A stretch of DNA of 64,000 nucleotides, from contig CAXXVK010000068.1 in assembly GCA_963676915.2 (NCBI GenBank), positions 1 to 64,000 of the forward strand, read 5' to 3'. The notes beneath the pieces are model-generated. The model did no database searches, was not told the DNA's origin, and worked only from the letters and a program-made list of their open reading frames with translations. Positions 12,201 to 24,200 of this stretch are shown in pieces. How positions within the stretch are numbered: position 1 is the stretch's first letter; each line of letters starts with the position of its first letter. This stretch comes from Myxococcota bacterium. Its GTDB lineage: Bacteria > Myxococcota_A > SURF-8 > G963663525. The translations under genes were made by a program, and so were the position numbers.

Positions 12201-15200
12201 TGGTAGTATCGCCACTCGATCGTTCGAATACCTGCATCCAGCGAGTAGTTGACTCGGGAATAAGAATCGGTATTGCCGTACCAGCTATTTACGATTTCTC
12301 CATCGATGAGGAGAAGGAAACGATTGTTGCTGTATTGCGTATGTATGCGGTAATCGAAACTCAGTGTTCCTGGTTTTTGCAATTCAACATTCAGTCGTAA
12401 CCAAGTTGTTTGTAAAGCTTCAATATCCCCGCTACGGATAGAGTAATTGTCTCCTTCATTGTCGATTACCCAAACGGCGTCGCCGCCAGTAGTCCAACCT
12501 TGAGGGAATTCACCCGATTCGAAATCTTCTTCAAGAGTGAGAACCGGACCGTCGCAGTATCCACCGGCGCACAAGCCCTCACCGTTTTCACCACAGGCCT
12601 GACAATCGGGGTGCGGGATCGCTTCGCAAGTGCCCATCTGGCAGGTGTCGAACGTGCAATCCTGTTCGCTTTCGTCACAACTCGTTCCATCTTCCACGGG
12701 TGGGTGCGAGCAAGTGCCCGAAGAACAGAGGTCCGAAGTACATGGATTCTCGTCATCCGCACAGAGCAAGCCGTCCTCTTCGGCGGGATGGGTGCAGACG
12801 CCATCCGAGCAAATGTCCTGCGTGCAGTCGTTTTCGTCGCTAGAGCAGGATTCGCCGTTGGGTCGGTCGGAGTGGACGCAGGTTGGAACATTATCCACCA
12901 ATTCGCAGCTATCGATGGTGCATTCTTTATCGTCGTCGCAATCGAGCGGTTCGTGGATGCAGCCTTGGTACAGGTCGCAGATATCCACGGTGCAGGGGTC
13001 GTCGTCGTCGCAATAGGTGTCGTCCGGGGTGTTGCTGCAACCTAGCACGGGATCGCATTCATCGATGGTGCATTCCACGGAATCGTTGCACGAAGAATGA
13101 TCGGGATCGTGAAGAATCGTGCCACTCGATTCGTCGCAGGAATCGACCGTGCAGCTTACGCCGTCGTCGGTCCAGGGAACGTCGCCGGTCTGGCAGTCTT
13201 GCAGGTAGTCGCAGGTTTCGACTCCGTTGCAGTACAGTCCGTCGTCGCAGTTCGCGTCGTTTTCGGTATGAAGAATGATGTCGTTTTCTTCGTCGCAGAG
13301 GTCGTCCGTGCAGTCGACGCCGTCGCTTAACCATGGCGGAGTTCCTGCAACACAGGTGCCGGAGCCATCGCAAGTGTCGGTGCCATTGCAGAACAATCCG
13401 TCGTCGCAATTGAAGCCAACCGGTGCGTCGTCATTCGAACATTTCGTGCCATTCCACGAATCGATGGTGCAGGGGTTGGCGTCGTCGCAGTCCTCGTATT
13501 GGGTGCAGGTGCCGCTCGAGCAATGTCCTCCCATGGAGCAGGGGGTGCCGTCCGGTAAGTCATTGGATTGACAGACGCCGAACTGACAGGAACCGTTGCC
13601 ATCGGTGCACTCGTTTCCATCGTTGCAAAGTGTGTCATCTTCAACCGGGCAGACGAGACATTGATCGCCGATGAATAACGTGTTCGTACAGTCTTCCGAA
13701 TCGGCGCAGTCGTTTCCGTTGTAGGTGACGCTTTCCAGTGCAAAACACGGCGTGTAACTTGTGTTGTTGCCGGTGTTCGTGATGCTCCAACTCAGGGTGT
13801 GGATGCCAGGCTCTTCGATCACGACATCATAGTTTCTCATGTAAGAATAGGAGTATACCTCGGTCATGTATTCGTTGTCATCGACCGTCAGGAGAACCTC
13901 GTTGTAGGTCGAGTAATAGCTTCCATCGTAGTAGGCGTAATCGAAGTCAATCGCTGTGTTCTCTTGTGTTGTGTGGACTTTCAGTTGAATCGTTTGAGTC
14001 TCGCCGACTTCTTCGGCGCAGGCCATGACCATCATGTTGGAGGTCGAGTAGTTCCACGGCGTCGTTTTCGAGAACGTCCAGTTGTCCTCGTTGATCCAGT
14101 AGTAATCCGGATTAAAACAGCCTTCCTCACAGGTGTCGAAGGTTTCGTTTACAGCGCTGGTATATCCGCCGCATTCACCCTGATAGCAGTGCTGGGTGTC
14201 GTTCGTTCCGCAGGGGGTGCAATCGGGAAGGTCGTTGGTTTGGCAACTGCCGCTCAGACAAACGCTTGTAGAACAGTCGTTTTCGTCATCGTCGCAACTG
14301 GTTCCATCGACAATGTTGATGCCGGGTACGCAACCCAGGGATAGATCGCAGACTTCCTCTCCGTTGCAGAATAGGTCGTCGTCGCAGAAAGAATGATTCG
14401 CTTCATGGACGATTTCGTCGGAAGCTTCATCGCAGCGGTCTTGCGTGCAGTCGATACCGTCATCCAATTGAAGCGGTTCGCCCGCGATGCAGCCTTGCTC
14501 GGAGTCGCAGATTTCGGCACCGTTGCAGAACAGTCCGTCTTCGCAATCGATTGGCGTACCGATGCACAGGCCGCTGCCGTTGCATTGGTCGCGCATCGTG
14601 CAGATATCCGTGTCATTGCAGCGCAATCCCGCTTCCGCCGGAGGATGCGTGCAGTTTCCTGCTCCATCACAGATATCCGCCGTACAGTCCTTGTTGTCGG
14701 AAGTGCAGGACGATCCTTCATCGAGGGGAGGATAATTGCAGCCGGGTTGGCCGTTGTCGTCGAAGCATTCGCTACCCGTGCACGGATTGCCGTCATCGCA
14801 GGTAAACGGCGTCGAGCCGCAGCCTTCCACCGGATCGCAAGCATCGATGGTGCAGGGATCGCCGTCGGTGCAGTCCAGGTCGTCACCGGGTACGCAGACT
14901 CCGGAGGCACAGGCGTCGTTGCTTGTGCAAACGCTGCCGTCGGCATCGCAGGATTGTCCGTTGGAGACCGGGACATTACACATACCCTGAATGCAGAAAT
15001 CATGGGTACATTCGTTGTCATCCGAAGGGCAGGGGGTGCCGTCCACATAGGTTTCGGTCTTGCATTCGCCTTCCCAGTAGTCGCGCGTGCAGGGATTGCC
15101 GTCATCGCAATCGTGGATGCCGCAGACGCCGGTTTCTTCGCAATAGCCGTCATCGCGGACGCAAAGAATTCCACGGCGGTAACTATACGTGTCGCCGCAG

Positions 15201-18200
15201 GCATAGACACTGGTGGGGCTTCCGTACGTCGGCGCGTACATGTTGCAGACTTCACCTTCCGAACAGGAAGAACAGCCCTCTACCGGTACGCTTCGATAGT
15301 AGGTGTTGGGTCGTATCCAGCCCGCATTCGTTACGGTTATCCATTCGTCGTAGGTCAGGAGGCGTGCGCCTCGTTCGGCGCAATACTCTCTTGCGCTACC
15401 TTCAAGGCTGTATTCGGACAGGTAAGCCAGGCAATACCCGGAATACGCTCCTTGATCGCAGGTTTCGAAACCGCGTGAGCAATCGAGTCCGAGTGTGTTT
15501 GGTACATGCTGGCAGGTTGCGGAGTCGTCGCATTGATCGATGGTGCAGTCGTTGTTGTCACTATCGCAGGCCAATCCTTCCGAAGCCGGAGGGTGATGGC
15601 AAATTCCAGAGGTGCCGCACAGATCCCTTGTGCAGGCGTTACCGTCGTCGGAGCAAGGCGTATTGACCGGCATTAACTCCGCATCGCACTGTCCAGAGTG
15701 GCAGATGCCCGTCGATTCGTGGCAATCCACTTCATCGTAACACGGAAGGTTTTCCATCGGTTCCTGACAGAAGACGCAACTTTCACTTCCCATATATCCG
15801 GCTGTACAGACGTTTCCGTCGTCGCAGGGGGAGACAGGCACAATAGAGAAGTCATCGATCCAGGCTTTGTCTTCTCCCGATGCGTTGGAGGAATTTTTAC
15901 TGTACTTCCATTCCAAAACGTGGGTTCCCTCAGAAACCGTGGTCGAGAACAGTTCCCAGTCGGCACCGCAATGCCAGTAATCCTGAGAAGAAGAGTCGAC
16001 GTAGAAATACATATAGTGATCCCAACAGTTTGTTGAGGCCGACACCCAGAACGAAACAGTGGATTCTCTGGGAAGATCGATTTCAAGACGCAGCCAGGTG
16101 TCGCTGCTGGAAGGAATGTTTCCTGAAACGGCTACAAACGAGCCGGACTGCGGATTGGTTTTTTCTTCGACGGTCCATGGAGCTGATCCGCCCGTGGACC
16201 ATGTGCCATAACCACCGAAAGTTTCTCCTGAAGGCAGGATTCCCGATTCGAAATTATCGGATAACTCCAAAGGTCGCCCGCCGCACATGCCGTCGGCACA
16301 GAAGTTGTCGTCGCCACAAGCGGTACAATCGGCGAGATTTTGCGGAGTGCAGACACCGCTTTGGCAGGTGTTTGAAGTGCAATCCGTCGCATCGGTATCG
16401 CAAGAGGTATTGTCGGCCAATTCGTTGTGTTCACAGACGCCGGAAAGGCATACGTCATCGGTACAGGGGTTCTCGTCCGTTGCGCAGGGAGTCAGATCGT
16501 CGAGAGCTGAAGCTTGGCAAACACCGCCTTGGCAGGTTCCTGAAGATTCGGTGCAGGAGTTTCCATCGTCGCAAGCGGTATTATCGTCACCGGCGCAGGC
16601 GATACAGGAATTACCGTCGAACAGATTGCTGGTACAGGCATTTCCATCATCGCATTCACCGACCGCATTGGTGATCGAAATGTTGTCGATCCAAACCGTA
16701 TCGTCATACGAGGAAGAACTTCCATCTTTGGTGTAGCGCCATTCGATGGTATGAATACCGGTGTCAAGCGATGTTTCGTAGTGAGTGTATTCGTTGAGAT
16801 AGCCGCTCCAGCTCTCGACAATTTCATCATCGAGAACAAGACGCAGATAGTCATATCCACTTTCCGTCAGTACCCGATAATCGAAGCTTAAAACACCGGG
16901 GGTTTTCAGTTCGATCGGAAGCTTGAGCCATGAAGATTGATAATCGCTGATATCCCCATTGCCGATGGAATAATTCGCTCCCTCATTGAAGATTACCCAC
17001 GAAGCGTCTCCTCCTGTAGTCCACCCTGCCGGAAATTCACCCGACTCGAAATCTTCAATTTTTATATAGTCTTTGCCGCCGCATGTTCCTCCAGCGCATA
17101 AATCCGTTCCGGTTTCACCACAGGCCGTGCAGTCATCGAAAGCTGTTTCTACACAAGTTCCTTCTTCGTTGCAGGCATAGGACAGGCAATCGTAGGGGTC
17201 ATCTTCTGTGCCACAGGTTGATCCAGTGTCTTTTTGTTGGGCCGTGCAAACCTGTTCCTGACAGGTGTGTACGTAGCAGTCTTCAGGATCGGTATCGCAG
17301 GTTTCGTCATTTGCAATCGGTGTTCCTGCCTGGCAGCCGTCTCCTGGGTCTCCTTCGGCAACGCAGATTTCCGTGCCGTTGCAAGGTTCGAGGTCGTCGC
17401 AGTACGAGTTCTGTACATCGTGAACGATTTCATCGTTTTCTTCGTCGCACCAGTCGTTGGTGCAGTCGTAGTCATCTGCAACGGTCGGAGCATCTCCGGC
17501 GTTGCAACCCAACGGAGTTTCGCCGGAATCATCCGCATTGCACCATTCCGCTCCGTCGCACCACAAACCGTTGTCACACCATTCATTGAATGGGGTATGG
17601 GTGACTTCCGCATAATTGTCCGATAAATCCAAACCTTCGTCGCAAAGATCCTCGGTGCAATCGATGCTGTCGTCCGGGTCGATGGCCGTGCCGGGCAGAC
17701 AACCGCGAACCGAATCGCAAGTTTCCGCGCCGTTGCAATAGAGGCCGTCCTGACAGAGATCATGATCGATTTCGTGAACGATACGGTCGTTTTCCTCGTC
17801 GCAGGAGTCGTTTGTACAAGAAACATTGTCCGAAAGGAACAAAGGAGTTCCCGCAACGCAAGTGCCCGTACCGTTGCAGACTTCCACACCGTTGCAGAAA
17901 AGCGCATCGGCGCAAGGCGTACCCTGGGCTAAAAACTCATACTGACATTCGCCGTTCCAGGTATCCACGGTGCAGGGGTTGCCGTCGTCACAGTCGGCAT
18001 GACCCGTGCAAACTCCGGAATCGCAGTACCTTCCGGCGCTGCAAGGTGTGCCGTCCGGCAGGTTTTCGACGATACAGGCGCCGCTACCGCAACTGCCTGT
18101 TGAAGCTTTGCATTCTTCCTCTACGATACAAGCCTGTCCGTCGGGAAGATCGCAGTGTACGCACGCCGTTCCGTTGAAGATATCCGAGGTGCAACTCGAT

Positions 18201-21200
18201 GTGTCGTCGCAATAGCCGTTCTCTCCGACGATGGTAACCGAGTCGATCCACACCCGGTGTTGTGCCGTGCTGCTGTCTTCCAGACGGGCGTAGGTCCATT
18301 TCAGTGAGTTCGAACCGGCAGAGAGCGGCCAGTTGACTTGTTGCCACATGCCGGGTTGACCGGTAAGGTCGTATACGAGTTCATCGTTGACATAAAAACG
18401 GAAAATCTCCTGCGGATCGTTCAAATCCACCAAAAGTTGGAACGAAATCGAAGCCGCACCTTCAAGCTCAACCGTTCTTTGCAAGGTCGAAACCTGTCCG
18501 ACGGCGAGGGCTCCGCTTGCTATCGATTTTCCACCCTCATAATACTGACTTGTATCGAGGAGCCATGCGGCATCGCCGGAAGAGGTCCAGCCTTGGGGAA
18601 CGTCTTCGGAGTCGAACCCTTCGTTTTCCACACTGGGTTCCAAACCATTGCAAGTGCTGGCGGCGCAGAAACTTCCATCGCCGCAGGCGGTGCATTCGGC
18701 GGCGGCGACATGGTCGCAGACGCCGGAGTCGTCGCATTGATCGACGGTACATTCGTTGCCATCGTCGGAACAGTCCGTTCCCGCAGGTTTGAATCCGCCT
18801 GAACATACACCTGACTGACACAGAGGCGTGCTGAGGCATTCGCCGCTTGGAGTGTCGCCGCACTCGGTGCCGTTTTCGACGTTGCAGCTTACACATCCGC
18901 CTCCACCATCTAGATTGAGTGTGCAGGGGTTGTCGTCGTTGCAGGCGCTGGAAGCGATACCCGAGACGCTTATGTCGTCGATCCATGCCGCATCGGTACC
19001 CGAATCTACGCTTTCATCCTTGGAATAGGTCCATACCAGTCTGTATTGACCTGCGGAAAGATCGGTGGAGTGTCTGGCCCAATTGACAGCACCACTCCAA
19101 CTTGCCATGGAAAAGGGAACGATGATTTCAAACCATTCACCCAACACCTCGGTACGGGAGAAGACACGGAATAAAAGCGAGTCGGCATTGCGTTCGCTGT
19201 CGATTTTGTATGAAAAGGCAACGCCGCCGTCTTCTTGCAACGTGACGATAGTGCTTAAGGTCGTGCTTTCACCGGCTTCGATGCTTCCCGATTGTGCGGA
19301 GTACGTTCCCGTCGAAGCTTGATCCGAAGTAATCAGCCACTCTCGTTCACCTTCCGTGATCCAGAGCGCCGAGAGCGCGCCGGTTTCAAATCCTTCTTGC
19401 AGATCGGGCATTTGACAGGAGCCGTTGGCGCAAAGGCCGAACTCCGAAGCGCAGGTGGTGCAGTCGGAGAACACGTTATCCGTACAGATGCCGGATTGGC
19501 AGGTCGACTCTACGCAGTCTTGCGGATCGTCATCGCAGGAGGAACCTTCGTCCGGGACATCTCCGGCCAGACAGCCCGTGGTGCCGTCTGCTCCGAGGGA
19601 GGACGGTGAGCAGCTTTCCACGCCGTTGCATGGTTCGTCATCGAGACAGAGCGAATCGTCCGCATCGTTTTGACAACCCAACTCTATGTTGCAGGTATCC
19701 ACCGTGCAGGAAAACGAATCGTTGCAGAGCGTGTCGTTCGGCGTGTACGTACAACCCGCTTCGGTGTCGCAGATATCTTCTGTACAATCGATGCCATCCG
19801 TGCAGACGGTATTATCGGGCGTATGGGTAACTCCGTCTGTTTCGTTGCATGCATCCACCGTACATGGAATTCCATCGTCGGTTTCCGGTGGTGTGCCGTT
19901 TTGGCAATCTTGCACCGGATCGCACCATTCCGCACCGTTGCAGAACTGGTTGTCGTCGCACTCGGCATCGAAAGCCAAATGCTCGACCGTGTCGTTTTCT
20001 TCGTTGCAGTAATCCAGCGTACAGGAAACGGCGTCATCGAGTACGGGGTCCGTGCCGTCGAGACAGTCGTTTGCAAGGTCGCAGGTTTCGGCACCTGTAC
20101 ACCACAATCCATCATCGCATACCGTGTCGTCGGCAGTATAGAGGCATCCACTTACAGGGTCGCCCGACAGCGGGTCGCAGGTGTCGATCGAGCAGGAGAT
20201 GCCATCGTCACAATACTGGTGATCGTTGGTGGTTTCACAACCGGATGCAGGATTGCAGGATTCTACCGTGCACGCTACACCGTCGTTCGCGCACAAGGAA
20301 TCGTTGGCTTCGTGAAGTACCTTGTCCTGGTCTTCGTCGCAGCTATCCTCGGTGCAGGCAATGCCGTCATCGATTTCGGGAGGCGTACCGGTAAGACAAC
20401 CATCTCCGCCTGCTTCCGGGTCGCAGGTTTCCTCTCCATCGCAAAACAGCAGATTGTCACAATAGGCATCGTTCGCGAAATGCTGACAATCCGTTGTCGG
20501 GTTACAAGTATCGATCGTGCAGGCTACATCATCATTGCAGACGGTATTGTCTGGCGTGTGTGTAACTTGACCGATATTGTCTGTAGTATCGGCACCTTCG
20601 TCGCAGGCATCTGTAGTGCAGCTAACGCTATCGTCGATGACCACGGCAGTACCGTTTTGGCAGTCGTTTACGGCGTCGCAAGTTTCTGCACCGTTGCAGA
20701 ATAGACCATCCTGACAGAGCGAGTCATCGGGTAGGAACTGGCAGTCGTTAACGAGATCGCATGTGTCTACCGTGCAACCTACGTTGTCATTGCAAACGGT
20801 ATGATCGGGCGTGTGTGTGACTTGACCGATGTTGTCTGTAGTGTCTGTACCTTCGTCACAAGCGTCGGTGGTGCAGCTTACGCTATCATCGATGACCACG
20901 GCAGTGCCGTCCTGGCAGTCGTTGACGGCATCGCATGTTTCTGCACCGTTACAGAACAGACCATCCTGGCAGAGCGAGTCGTCGGGTAGGAACTGGCAGT
21001 CGTTGACGAGATCGCAAGTGTCTACGGTACAACTCACGTTGTCGTTGCAAACGGTATGATTGGGTGTGTGTGTGACTTTATCGTTGATTTCATCGCAGGC
21101 ATCCGTGGTACACGCAACGTTATCGTCAATGACTGGCTCGTCGCCGTCTTTGCATCCAGTGGTAGCGTCGCCATTGGCCGGATCGCAGATTTCTTCTCCG

Positions 21201-24200
21201 TCACAGAACAAGTCATTGGAGCAGAGTCCATGATTCGGGGTAAACTGACAGTCGTTTGCTGTGTCGCAAGTATCCACGGTGCATCCCACGTTGTCGTTGC
21301 ATAGAGAATCTTGCGGCGTATGTGTGACTTCCCCGATGTTGTCAGTGGTATCCGTGCCTTCGTCACAGGCGTCTTCGGTACAGGATATTTCGTCGTCGGT
21401 TGCTACGGCGGTACCGTCCTGGCAGTCGTTCACAGCATCGCATGTTTCCGCTCCGTTGCAGTAAAGACCGTCCTGGCATAGCTCGTCGTTGGGTGTGAAC
21501 TGGCAGTCGTTTACGGCATCGCAGGTATCTACTGTGCAGCCTACGTTGTCGTTGCATAGGCTGTCTTGTGGCGTATGTGTGACTTCGCCGAGGTTGTCGG
21601 TGGTATCTGCGCCTTCATTGCAGGCGTCTTCGGTGCAGGAAATTTCGTCGTCGATGGCGATGGCTGTGCCGTCCTGGCAGTCGTTTACGGCGTCGCAGGT
21701 TTCTGCACCGTTGCAGTATAGACCGTCCTGGCATAGTTCGTCGTTGGGTGTGAACTGGCAGTCGTTCACGGCGTCGCAGGTATCTACCGTGCAACCCACG
21801 TTGTCGTTGCAGAGGGTATGATTGGGGTTGTGTGTGACTTTATCGTTGATTTCATCGCAGGCATCCGTGGTACACGCAACGTTATCGTCAATGACTGGCT
21901 CGTCGCCGTCTTTGCATCCGGTGGTAGCGTCGCCATTGGACGGATCGCAGATTTCTTCTCCGTCACAGAACAGGTCATTGGAGCAGAATCCATGATTTGG
22001 CGCGAACTGGCAGTCGTTCACGGCGTCGCAGGTATCTACGGTGCAGCCTACGTTATCGTTGCATAGACTGTCTTGAGGCGTGTGTGTGACTTCTCCAAGG
22101 TTATCGGTGGTATCCGTGCCTTCGTCGCAAACGTCCTCGGTGCAAGAGATTTCATCGTCGGTTGCCACGTCGGTGCCGTCCTGGCAGTCGTTTACGGCGT
22201 CGCATGTTTCTACACCGTTGCAGAATAGTCCATCCTGGCAGAGTTCGTCGTTGGGATTGAATTGGCAGTCGTTCACGGCGTCACAGGTATCCACGGTGCA
22301 ACCGACGTTGTCGTTGCATAAGCTGTCTTGTGGCGTATGTGTGACTTCGCCTAGGTTGTCCGTGGTGTCGGTTCCTTCGTCGCAAACATCCTCGGTGCAG
22401 GAGATTTCATCGTCGGTTGCCACGGCGGAACCGTTCTGGCAGTCGTTTACGGCGTCGCATGTTTCTGCACCGTTGCAGAATAGTCCGTCCTGGCAGAGTT
22501 CGTCGTTTGGCGTGAACTGGCAGTTGTTTACGGCATCGCAGGTATCCACGGTGCAACCCACGTTGTCGTTGCATAGACTGTCTTGAGGCGTGTGTGTGAC
22601 TTCTCCAAGGTTGTCGGTGGTATCCGTGCCTTCGTCGCAAACGTCCTCGGTGCAAGAGATTTCATCATCGGTTGCCACGGCGGAACCGTCCTGGCAGTCG
22701 TTTACGGCGTCGCATGTTTCTGCACCGTTGCAGAATAGTCCGTCCTGGCAGAGTTCGTCATTCGGCGTGAACTGGCAGTCGTTTACGAGATCGCAGGTGT
22801 CTACCGTGCAACTCACGTTGTCGTTACATAGGCTGTCTTGCGGCGTATGTGTGACTTCACCAATGTTGTCCGTGGTGTCGGTTCCTTCGTCGCAAAGGTC
22901 CTCGGTGCAAGAGATTTCGTCGTCGGTTGCCACGTCGGTGCCGTCCTGGCAGTCGTTTACGGCGTCGCATGTTTCTACACCGTTGCAGAATAGTCCGTCC
23001 TGGCATAGTTCGTCGTTTGGCGTGAACTGGCAGTCGTTAACGGCGTCGCAGGTATCCACGGTGCAGCCTACGTTGTCGTTGCATAGACTGTCTTGAGGCG
23101 TGTGTGTGACTTCTCCAAGGTTGTCGGTGGTATCCGTGCCTTCGTCGCAAACGTCCTCGGTGCAAGAGATTTCATCGTCGGTTGCCACGTCGGTGCCGTC
23201 CTGGCAGTCGTTTACGGCGTCGCAGGTTTCTGTGCCGTTGCAGTATAGTCCATCCTGGCATCGTTCGTCGTTTGGCGTGAACTGGCAGTCGTTGATGGCG
23301 TCGCAGGTATCCACGGTGCAGCCCACGTTGTCGTTGCATAGGCTGTCTTGCGGCGTATGTGTGACTTCACCAATGTTGTCCGTGGTGTCGGTTCCTTCGT
23401 CGCAAACGTCCTCGGTGCAAGAGATTTCATCGTCGGTTGCCACGTCGGTGCCGTCCTGGCAGTCGTTGACGGCGTCGCATGTTTCTACACCGTTGCAGAA
23501 TAGGCCATCCTGGCAGAGTTCGTCGTTGGGATTGAATTGGCAGTCGTTTACGGCGTCGCAGGTATCCACGGTGCAGCCTACGTTATCGTTGCATAGGCTG
23601 TCTTGCGGCGTATGTGTGACTTCGCCTAGGTTGTCCGTGGTGTCGGTTCCTTCGTCGCAAACGTCCTCGGTGCAGGAGATTTCATCATCGGTTGCCACGG
23701 GGGTACCATCCTGGCAGTCGTTTACTGCGTCGCATGTTTCTGCACCGTTGCAGAATAGTCCGTCCTGGCATAGCTCGTCGTTTGGCGTGAACTGGCAATC
23801 GTTAACGGCGTCGCAGGTATCCACGGTGCAGCCTACGTTGTCGTTGCATAGGCTGTCTTGCGGCGTATGTGTGACTTCGCCTAGGTTGTCCGTGGTGTCG
23901 GTTCCTTCGTCGCAAACGTCCTCGGTGCAGGAGATTTCATCGTCGGTTGTCACGACGGAACCGTCCTGGCAGTCGTTCACGGCGTCGCAGGTTTCTGCAC
24001 CGTTACAGTATAGACCATCCTGACAAAGTTCGTCGTTTGGTGTGAACTGGCAGTCGTTAACGGCGTCGCAGGTATCCAGGGTGCAACCCACGTTGTCGTT
24101 GCATAGGCTGTCTTGCGGTGTATGTGTGACTTCTCCGATGTTGTCCGTGGTGTCGGTTCCTTCGTCACAAACGTCCTCGGTGCAGGAGATTTCATCGTCG

